Positions 46,292-53,102 of a stretch of DNA of 53,394 nt are shown here, piece by piece. The stretch lies in the NCBI GenBank assembly GCA_020054035.1, contig JAGVLY010000049.1, forward strand, positions 1 through 53,394, in the 5' to 3' direction. Source of the stretch: Bacteroidia bacterium. Its GTDB lineage: Bacteria; Bacteroidota; Bacteroidia; SXHM01. How positions within the stretch are numbered: the stretch's first letter is position 1; each line of letters opens with the position of its first letter. The translations under genes and the position numbers were made by a program. Under the pieces are notes generated by a model. The model ran no database searches. It was not told the origin of the DNA and was given only the letters and a program-made list of their open reading frames with translations.

Positions 46292-46321
46292 GAAGTCCCC
46301 CGCATTGCTGCGGGGGACTTC
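46292..46321 (-). terminator. Very stable GC-rich hairpin after the 259-aa gene (terminator or attenuator, or RNA-stabilising element)
   Basis: Perfect 13-bp stem GAAGTCCCCCGCA/TGCGGGGGACTTC with loop TTGC. It starts 47 nt after the stop at 46368. The U-tract is clearer on the plus strand (CGTCCTTTTT) than on the gene strand. Confidence 0.55.
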
Positions 46322-46367
46322 GTCCTTTTTAATCAGACCGATAAGAACTGACTAAGCTTTTCCGATT

Positions 46368-47147
46368 TTAGTTCGGGTTAAGGCTGGTTCCAACAAAGCC
46401 CGCTTTGATAAACGGACGGATGTTACCACCACCTAACGGAATGCTTGCAGCTTGCTCAATCTCCAACTCAATCGCAACGTTCGGCTGAATGATAACCGGG
46501 TTATCAAAATAAACCAAGCCAAGGGCTACGTTTTGTTTGTTAGTTGTGTCAAAGTTCTGACCACCGTATTCTTTCAGGATTTCTTTGCTGTCATGGCGCA
46601 GAGTAACCTGTCCATTAATCACCGCACGGTGAGCAATACCAAAGGCAGCATCACCAACTCCGGCATTCAGCGTTTGTTCATATCCTGTTACGATTTGCAG
46701 TCCAAGTGCCAAGAATGGTTTATCGTTGTCAAGTTTTCCTTTGTCAACGTTACCAACTCCAACCGCTTTCTGGTCGCCCGATGTAAACATCTTAACCAAT
46801 CCCGCAGCTTGCAGTGCAAGTTTGGTTTGGAAGTAATACATGTCAACCATACGGATAGAGCCTTTCGCAAGTGCCTTACGGAACTCAGGAGGGAAAAATC
46901 CAAGACGGTTTAACAATTCAACACGGCTGTTCGGGTAAGCTGAAGCAGCTTGTCCTTTAACCGCACCCGCAGAAATCGCACGTTTGAATTTGTTGTATGC
47001 TCCGGTTTTGCCTGCTTTTGAGATGGCTCCAAGCAATGCCATTTGACCTTCGGGAGAAATCCCGCTAATCACGGCAGCCGCAACATCGTCCGGCATACCT
47101 TCTAATACTTCAGGAGAGATTTCTCCTATTCCTAATAATTGATCCAT
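46368..47147 (-). CDS. Hypothetical protein (259 aa), best candidate for a major virion protein
   Basis: No TM, with a beta-rich C-terminal two-thirds. It is followed by the strongest hairpin in the element, an arrangement I associate with highly expressed capsid genes. No sequence motif recognised. Confidence 0.7.
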   Translation of the reverse strand: MDQLLGIGEISPEVLEGMPDDVAAAVISGISPEGQMALLGAISKAGKTGAYNKFKRAISAGAVKGQAASAYPNSRVELLNRLGFFPPEFRKALAKGSIRMVDMYYFQTKLALQAAGLVKMFTSGDQKAVGVGNVDKGKLDNDKPFLALGLQIVTGYEQTLNAGVGDAAFGIAHRAVINGQVTLRHDSKEILKEYGGQNFDTTNKQNVALGLVYFDNPVIIQPNVAIELEIEQAASIPLGGGNIRPFIKAGFVGTSLNPN

Positions 47148-47288
47148 GATTTCTTAATTTTTATTTACTGTTAGTTTTTTTGTTTGTTTAATTTGCCAAG
47201 TCAACCTTTTTTAACTTTTTCATGCTGCCTGTTTTGTCAGCCGCAGATGGTTTTTAAAGCCCGTTAAATCCGGTTGTTTTTTTTGCAC

Positions 47289-47390
47289 CTAACATTTCCG
47301 ACACACATTAGCGTTGGAATTATCAGCTACGGACATGGTGCAATTCTTGTCCGTAGCACCCACACAGGTAGGCTTAACTATTTTTCTCAT
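47289..47390 (-). CDS. Possible 33-aa four-cysteine peptide, below the ORF-track cutoff
   Basis: My translation is MRKIVKPTCVGATDKNCTMSVADNSNANVCRKC. The ATG lies 23 nt after the upstream stop. The ORF contains a 10-bp-stem hairpin (47326-47357), so the region may be structural RNA or DNA rather than coding. Confidence 0.35.
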   Translation of the reverse strand: MRKIVKPTCVGATDKNCTMSVADNSNANVCRKC

Positions 47391-47413
47391 CGTGTTTATT
47401 TTTAAAAAAGTTT

Positions 47414-48190
47414 TTATGCGTAAACAACTTCTTCCTCTTCAGCAGAAGCAAGGCTTGCAGCATCTTTGAATGATTCGCGGCTCAACAACGCTTCGTTTTT
47501 TCCACCCCAGCGGTTGTTCCAGTTTACGTTTTCAAGTCTTCCAACTCCAGCGCCCGAAACCCAGCCCATACCTTCAACCCAGCCTAAACCGAGTGCAGCT
47601 TTTTCAGCAATTTCTCCGGTAGATGGTTTTTCGGCAAGTTCAGTTCCTTTGAAACCGGCATCACGGTCCGCAGCGGCTTTCAGGATAGCCAGTGATTTTG
47701 CAACTTCTTCTTTGCTTTCAGGTGTTTGTGTTGTTCCGTCAAATTCAGTTTCACCCAATGAAGGCAGATATTTCGTTGCTTTCGGGTATGCTTTTTTAAC
47801 TCCGCTTACAACGCCTGTAATCGCCAATCCGTAACCTGCAAACTCACCGATTTCACCCAACATTTTTTCAGTCTGGTCAGTGCTTTTTGCGTATTTGTTA
47901 CCGTAATAAGCGGCAGCTCCGCCAATACCAACCGAAACGATTGGAGCGGCAAGGGCTTTGAGGCTTTCTTTCCATGCACCGCCTTTCCATGCCAGTCCAT
48001 CAGCACCGACAGCAGCGGGTTTAAGAATTTTATCAGAAAGCATTGCTATTCCTTTTCCGGCAAAGCAGCCGAGAACGAAATACAGCGGGCGGGTTACTAC
48101 TTTTGGAACTTCGGAGTTTACAACACCGGCAAATCCGCTGAAGCCCGTGTTAGATTTTTTAACGCCTGTCCCTTTTTTTGCTTTGGTCAT
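47414..48190 (-). CDS. Gly/Ala-rich membrane protein (258 aa)
   Basis: Hydrophobic segments are PLYFVLGCFAGKGIAML, LAAPIVSVGIGGAAAYY and FAGYGLAITGVVSGV. The tail is acidic. Confidence 0.75.
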   Translation of the reverse strand: MTKAKKGTGVKKSNTGFSGFAGVVNSEVPKVVTRPLYFVLGCFAGKGIAMLSDKILKPAAVGADGLAWKGGAWKESLKALAAPIVSVGIGGAAAYYGNKYAKSTDQTEKMLGEIGEFAGYGLAITGVVSGVKKAYPKATKYLPSLGETEFDGTTQTPESKEEVAKSLAILKAAADRDAGFKGTELAEKPSTGEIAEKAALGLGWVEGMGWVSGAGVGRLENVNWNNRWGGKNEALLSRESFKDAASLASAEEEEVVYA

Positions 48191-48250
48191 TTTGGTTGGT
48201 GTTTTTTGTTTGTTAGTAATTGATTGTTTATTGATTGGTGATTATTGTTA

Positions 48251-48274
48251 CAGTGGATTGTGTCCACTTTTTAT
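48251..48274 (-). promoter_or_regulatory. Element-specific hairpin motif, copy 4 (gene junction)
   Basis: Core GTGGATTGTGTCCAC at 48253-48267. The minus strand reads ATAAAAAGTGGACACAATCCACTG. Its TAA is the stop codon of the 1046-aa gene, and the next start is 63 nt downstream. Confidence 0.7.
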
Positions 48275-51200
48275 GAAAATGTTACTGCTTTGATTTTTGC
48301 TTTTGTTTTCGCTTTAGCCCTTGGCTTTGCTGTTCCGCTTAATGCCGATTTAGGTTTTGCGGGTGTTGGTTGTTTTGGGTCAAATGCCATCTTTAATCCA
48401 TAGCCTACAAGCCCTGTAATAAATGCAGCTCCTGCTATTTTAGCTCCGGTGCTGCCAAACATTCCGGCTTCTTCCTGCGAGGCTTTCATTTTTACATCAT
48501 TCGCCTCAATCGCTTTTATCTCTTCAGGAGAAAAGAACTTATCAGGTGCTTCCGCGAATTGCTGAATATCACCGGGAATAAGGTCCTTGCCTGTTTTGTT
48601 TTTGTAAAGCTGATTTGCAGCCGAAACCAATCCGCCTGCGGTTTTCACGCCCTGCGCCACTTTTTCAATAGTGGATGGTTTACCTTCTTCTCCTGAATCA
48701 TCGTCAGCATCCGCACCCTCTTTTTTGGCTTTCTTTGATTTTTTAACTTTCTTAGGCTTGCTGGCTTTTTTCTGTTTTTTAGCTTCTTTATTCTTTGCAC
48801 GTTTCGCTTGCCGCTCCGCACGTCTTGCCGCTCTTGAGTCTTTCTCTCCTAATCCGTCAATGCTGGCTTCGTCAAAATCTTCGCCACTCATAACGGGGTC
48901 AATAGCGCAATCTAAAGCAGTGTCAATATAATTCTGAACACCCAGCAATCCCTTCATAGAATCGGCTACATCCAATGCGGCATCTGCCACATCTTTAACT
49001 GCGTTGGTTGTTGATTCTACTTTATCTTCTTCATCCGGTTCTTCACCTGGAGGAAGGTCGTTAGCACCGTTCTTTTTAAGAAGTTTTGAAAGTGCTGCAA
49101 TGATGGTAGCGGCTGCGGCTATGCTTGTTCCTATAATAGTATTAGGTTCGCCAAGTCCATAAAATTCCACAAATCCTAAACCTTTCAGAGCTTCAATTTC
49201 TTTAATTTTAGGGCTGTATGATTTTTTCTTTTTCCAGCCTTTTTGCAGAGCTTTTGCAAGTTTATCCCTTTTGCCACCTAAAACATCTTCCCAAATCTTA
49301 GCGAATTTGTCAGCGGCTTTTTTCTTTCTGTCCCAGAAATCACGCTTTAAGCCATATTTCTGCGCTTCTTCCCAGCTCATAAATCCGGGATAAAGTTTAA
49401 GAGCAAGTTTGAAGAAGTTAAGTTTTGAAGCCAACAGGAAACCGTTGCGGGCTGCAATCATCAGGGGGTTAAACTTCTGAGCGAACTTGAAAACCTTTTT
49501 AAGTCCCTTTCCTACTTTTTTCCAAAACTTACCTTTCTTTTTCTTTTTGCCATCAAGCCCGTCAATGGTGTTATCCGTATCATACGCACCATTGAGCGAA
49601 GTATCATCTTCATCGGCATCACCAAACGCACCGAGCTTACTCATGCGCTCTTCTTCTTTTTCAAGATGCTCAACTGCTTTTTCGCGCTTGTAAGGATTAT
49701 TCCAGTTTTTCAGGGCGAAATCGCACATCTCCACATGCCTTTTCGCTCCGCCATGATTAGCAACACTGCCGGGATATTTAGCAATATAGTTACGGGTTTT
49801 ACGGATGTGTTTTTTCATTCCGTTTAACCATTGCGCCTGAATTTCAACAGGCAAAGAAGAAAGTTCTACTTCATCGTTATGACCGTTCAGGATGCTGTCG
49901 GTTGCAATCCATGTAGGCTCAAAATCAATTCCGCAAAGAATGCCGTCCAGCACTTCTTCGGGTTTTTCTTCCAAGTCGCTTTCTTCGTTTGCTTCTTCAA
50001 CAATTTCAGCAGCTTCGGGGCTATCAGCAGCCATGCTTTCCGAAATTTCATCCACTCCCTGATTCACATCAGCATAACCTTCTTCGGCTACTTGCTCTTT
50101 GTCTTCTTCCGGTGCGTTGTTTACTTGTTCATCAACAACCTCCATTTGTTGCTCTGCCTGTTGTAAAGGCTCATCGTATTGCGTAGGGGCATCAGGAGCG
50201 GGAAGGTTTGCATATTCTTCCATGCCCGGTTGAACCGGATAAGATGAACCACCACTTCCACCCGAAGATGCTGCGGCTGCGGAAGCGGCTGCGGCTGGTG
50301 AAATAGGAAATACAGGTGTTGAGCTTGCTGAAGGTGTTGCAGCTTGTATAGCTGCCATTTTTTTGGCAACAATAATTTTTGGAGCGGCTTTTTTAAGCCT
50401 GCGTATTCTGCGCTTGGCAATACGTTTAGCTTTTTTGGCTTTGCGTTTTACAAAACGTTTTGTTTTTTTCTTTCTGCCAAGGTCGCCAAGCCCGTCTTCA
50501 TCGTCAAAAACTCCTTCCAGTTCCAGATCTTCTTCAACGCCATCCAATACATCTTCTGCATCATCAATGCCGTCTAAGTCTTCATCTGAAATTCCTGAAA
50601 TGCCTGAAAAGCGGGCTTCGGCTTTCGCCAACCTGCCTTCCAGCTTTTTGCGTTTTTCAGCACTCAGGTTTGAGTTTTCAAGAAGTTTGCGAAGAACGCC
50701 TGCACGGTGTTGTGCGGCTTTTTTCAAAAAACGTTTTTCGGGAAACCATTTTCCGATTTCACCTAATCCTGAAACATCTTCATTATCAGGACCCGAAAGA
50801 AGGGCAATAGGAATACCAGCTAATCCGTTCATTTGTGTAGGTTTTATATTGATGTCTAATTTTCCTGCGGGGTCAAAATCATCGTCAGGCCCGTAAGGTT
50901 TTTCGATATTGAAGCCATCCAGCACACAGTCAAGCACAAATTGTTTTTTGCGCTCTTTGTCTTTTACAACAATATACACATGCTGCCAGTCGGATTTGTA
51001 TTTGCTGATTCTCATGGTAAAAGGAATACCAAGGCAGGTAAGGATGCACCCGATACTAAGTGTATAGCAATCGCAATCCCCAAAACGGTCATTCCACAGG
51101 CGGGCGGGGGTGCGGAGCTGTTCCTGTCCGGGTTCGTCATTCTGATACTGAACGTGATTATAGTAGAACGCCCAAATAGTGCGGAGCAATTCCGTCATAT

Positions 51201-51411
51201 CTTCACCTTTCTTCCAGCCGGTTGTTTCTTTCATCAGTTTGGCAATCTTTTCAGTTTGCCAACTGTATTTGTTGATGATGTTCGCCATCTCTTTGATGGT
51301 GAGCTTCAGGTTTCCGTCTTTGTGAAGGATGGAATCCTTTTCATCGGCTTTCGGAAAGTATTTATCAAACTCTTTCCCCGGTTGTAATTTGCGCTGATAC
51401 TTGGCTACCAT
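48271..51411 (-). CDS. 1046-aa multidomain protein: N-terminal transglutaminase-like cysteine protease core, alternating poly-basic and poly-acidic low-complexity tracts, TM segments
   Basis: RFGDCDCYTLSIGCILTCLGIPFTMRI...WQHVYIVV...FVLDCVLD fits the Cys-His-Asp transglutaminase-like core. Basic tracts are GRKKKTKRFVKRKAKKAKRIAKRRIRRLKK, GKKKKKGKFWKK and RAARRAERQAKRAKNKEAKKQKKASKPKKVKKSKKAKK. Acidic tracts lie between them. Hydrophobic segments are IIGTSIAAAATIIAAL and AKIAGAAFITGLVGYGL. Confidence 0.8.
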   Translation of the reverse strand: MVAKYQRKLQPGKEFDKYFPKADEKDSILHKDGNLKLTIKEMANIINKYSWQTEKIAKLMKETTGWKKGEDMTELLRTIWAFYYNHVQYQNDEPGQEQLRTPARLWNDRFGDCDCYTLSIGCILTCLGIPFTMRISKYKSDWQHVYIVVKDKERKKQFVLDCVLDGFNIEKPYGPDDDFDPAGKLDINIKPTQMNGLAGIPIALLSGPDNEDVSGLGEIGKWFPEKRFLKKAAQHRAGVLRKLLENSNLSAEKRKKLEGRLAKAEARFSGISGISDEDLDGIDDAEDVLDGVEEDLELEGVFDDEDGLGDLGRKKKTKRFVKRKAKKAKRIAKRRIRRLKKAAPKIIVAKKMAAIQAATPSASSTPVFPISPAAAASAAAASSGGSGGSSYPVQPGMEEYANLPAPDAPTQYDEPLQQAEQQMEVVDEQVNNAPEEDKEQVAEEGYADVNQGVDEISESMAADSPEAAEIVEEANEESDLEEKPEEVLDGILCGIDFEPTWIATDSILNGHNDEVELSSLPVEIQAQWLNGMKKHIRKTRNYIAKYPGSVANHGGAKRHVEMCDFALKNWNNPYKREKAVEHLEKEEERMSKLGAFGDADEDDTSLNGAYDTDNTIDGLDGKKKKKGKFWKKVGKGLKKVFKFAQKFNPLMIAARNGFLLASKLNFFKLALKLYPGFMSWEEAQKYGLKRDFWDRKKKAADKFAKIWEDVLGGKRDKLAKALQKGWKKKKSYSPKIKEIEALKGLGFVEFYGLGEPNTIIGTSIAAAATIIAALSKLLKKNGANDLPPGEEPDEEDKVESTTNAVKDVADAALDVADSMKGLLGVQNYIDTALDCAIDPVMSGEDFDEASIDGLGEKDSRAARRAERQAKRAKNKEAKKQKKASKPKKVKKSKKAKKEGADADDDSGEEGKPSTIEKVAQGVKTAGGLVSAANQLYKNKTGKDLIPGDIQQFAEAPDKFFSPEEIKAIEANDVKMKASQEEAGMFGSTGAKIAGAAFITGLVGYGLKMAFDPKQPTPAKPKSALSGTAKPRAKAKTKAKIKAVTFS

Positions 51412-51414
51412 GTT

Positions 51415-51930
51415 TTAGATTTTATAGTCAAGTGTTACAGGAAAGTCGATTCCGTAGGCGTGAATAGCCAAATCAACATTTATAGCCCGGTTTGCCGGTT
51501 GGCTTCCGAGTAATCGTGCGGTAAAATATTGTGCAGCATCTTTTATGGATGCGCCCAGCTTTTCAATGTTTACATTAAACTTTAAGGTAAGCGGATATTC
51601 GCTGGCATTGGCGGTAAGTGTGTGTTCCAGTGTGCTGGCTTCGCTGATGGCAACTGCGGCAGAGCGGTAAGAAACTTTTGCAAGCGGGTGTTGAAAACTT
51701 AAAGCTGTTCCTGTGGTGTTGGTGAGTTTGGCGGTAACTTCAAGCGGAAGAAAGGTTTCCATCTTCTTCTTGTCAACATTGTAACTGTTGAAGGGAACGC
51801 CAACTTTTATTTTTCCGGGTGCAACTACCAAGGCTTTTGCAGCCACAGCCATATCGTAAAGCTCTTTACCGATGAAGAAAGCTCCTACACCAATAGTTCC
51901 GATAAGTAAGTTGCGGGCTGCGGTTCTCAA
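51415..51930 (-). CDS. Membrane-anchored beta-rich protein (171 aa)
   Basis: N-terminal TM LLIGTIGVGAFFIG followed by a beta-rich domain. TTG start in the track; the true start is uncertain. Confidence 0.65.
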   Translation of the reverse strand: MRTAARNLLIGTIGVGAFFIGKELYDMAVAAKALVVAPGKIKVGVPFNSYNVDKKKMETFLPLEVTAKLTNTTGTALSFQHPLAKVSYRSAAVAISEASTLEHTLTANASEYPLTLKFNVNIEKLGASIKDAAQYFTARLLGSQPANRAINVDLAIHAYGIDFPVTLDYKI

Positions 51931-51989
51931 TTTGCTGTTTTTGTTTGTAAAACAGCCGCAAGGTAGAACGGGTAAAAAGAAGAAAACCT

Positions 51990-52114
51990 GCTTAACTACC
52001 TTAAAGTAGCTTAAAGTAGCTTAACAGGTGTATTAAAGATGTTAAAGCATATACTAAAGCTCTTAAAGTAGCTTAAAGCGTGTTAAAGTTGCTTAACAAT
52101 GTATTGTTAAATAG
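51990..52114. repeat. Iteron-like cluster of TTAAAG / GCTTAA(C) short repeats
   Basis: Seven exact TTAAAG plus one CTAAAG lie within about 90 bp (52001-52087). GTAGCTTAA occurs three times and GCTTAAC three times (51990, 52019, 52091). The cluster is intergenic, between the Zn-ribbon ORF and the 171-aa gene. Confidence 0.8.
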
Positions 52115-52134
52115 GAAAAGAGGTAAAAAGGGGG

Positions 52135-52290
52135 CTATTTTTCGGGAAGGTGTCGGGTAAAACCTGTTTTCACGGAAGCGGATAGATTAAGTTCTTTGTT
52201 ACAGTTTTTGCATACCATTTCATTGTGCATTTCTTTCTTTGTTTTGGGTTTCAGGCATACTTGGCAGGTGATTGTTTTTTTGCGGGGCAT
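52135..52290 (-). CDS. Small Zn-ribbon protein (51 aa), below the ORF-track cutoff
   Basis: My translation is MPRKKTITCQVCLKPKTKKEMHNEMVCKNCNKELNLSASVKTGFTRHLPEK, with two CxxC pairs 14 residues apart and a basic composition. The overlapping plus-strand track ORF 52196..52639 looks spurious. Confidence 0.55.
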   Translation of the reverse strand: MPRKKTITCQVCLKPKTKKEMHNEMVCKNCNKELNLSASVKTGFTRHLPEK

Positions 52291-52323
52291 TTTTATCGGT
52301 TTGCTGCCGCTAATTTATAGTTT

Positions 52324-52347
52324 TAGTGGATTGTGTCCACTATTTTA
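52324..52347 (-). promoter_or_regulatory. Element-specific hairpin motif, copy 5 (gene junction)
   Basis: Core GTGGATTGTGTCCAC at 52326-52340. The minus strand reads TAAAATAGTGGACACAATCCACTA. Its TAG is the stop codon of the ACP gene. Confidence 0.7.
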
Positions 52348-52612
52348 TTGCTTTAGTTACATAATTAATCACCTTACGCACGGAGTCCATTTCTTCCACC
52401 TTGTCGTCTGCTATGGCGATGTTGAATTTTTGTTCCAGCTTCATTACTATTTCAACCAAGTCAAGCGAATCGGCTGGCAGGTCGGCTATTTTGCTGGTTT
52501 GTTTTATTCGCTTTTTGTCAATGTTCATCACATTTGCCATCACGGTTATTACTTTGTCTGCAACGGTTGTTCCGTGCAGGTTTACGGTTTTGTAGTTCTT
52601 TTTTTTGCTCAT
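52340..52612 (-). CDS. Acyl carrier protein
   Basis: 90 aa with DLPADSLDLVEIVMKLEQKFNIAI, containing the DSL phosphopantetheine-attachment motif and the helix II pattern of ACPs. Confidence 0.8.
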   Translation of the reverse strand: MSKKKNYKTVNLHGTTVADKVITVMANVMNIDKKRIKQTSKIADLPADSLDLVEIVMKLEQKFNIAIADDKVEEMDSVRKVINYVTKAIK

Positions 52613-52624
52613 GGTTTTTTGTGT

Positions 52625-52972
52625 TTACTTTTTAAATAAGTCCTTTAAATCTTCCATTTCAGGAAAGTCAGCAAAGAAGGCATCCCAATCAATGCCGCCC
52701 TTTTTATGAACTTCTTCAAAAATGTCTTTAAGAAAGTCTAAATTGTCGGGGCTGGTGCGGTTGGTGTGTTGTTTCTCATAATAAGCTCCGGTGTGTCCGG
52801 GCTTCATTTTTGGCAAGGGTTGTTTTAGATACTGTTTCAGCTCTGCATATTCGGTGTTAATGGTTTTCATCACTTCAACACTACCGCCCTTGTCGGGATG
52901 GTGTTGCATAGCCAGTTCACGGTAACGTGCCTTGGCTTGCTCTTCGGTCATGGAGTAATGAAAGTATTTCAT
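52625..52972 (-). CDS. J-domain (DnaJ-like) protein
   Basis: EEQAKARYRELAMQHHPDKGG carries the HPD tripeptide in a J-domain context. The start was chosen at MKYFHY (52972); the track start at 53014 is an in-frame alternative. Confidence 0.75.
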   Translation of the reverse strand: MKYFHYSMTEEQAKARYRELAMQHHPDKGGSVEVMKTINTEYAELKQYLKQPLPKMKPGHTGAYYEKQHTNRTSPDNLDFLKDIFEEVHKKGGIDWDAFFADFPEMEDLKDLFKK

Positions 52973-53102
52973 ATTGTCTTTAATTTTTTCGCGCTGCCCT
53001 CGCACATTCCGCAATAGCGCCTTCGCGCTACGTGCGGCTAACAGTCAATTACCGCAAGTCGCAGGAAACGACCAGCGGCAATTTTGGTGTTATAGGAAAT
53101 TT

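Noticed and set aside
52973-53102. GC-rich, structured 130-nt gap upstream of the J-domain gene. It has TTCGCGCT twice, the hairpin AGCGC-CTTC-GCGCT at 53016-53029, and TGCGG..CCGCA. I considered it as a tRNA or small RNA gene.
   Set aside because: I could not fold a cloverleaf, there is no T-loop or anticodon arm, and no promoter or terminator is evident. It may be a structured leader, but I cannot support a feature call.
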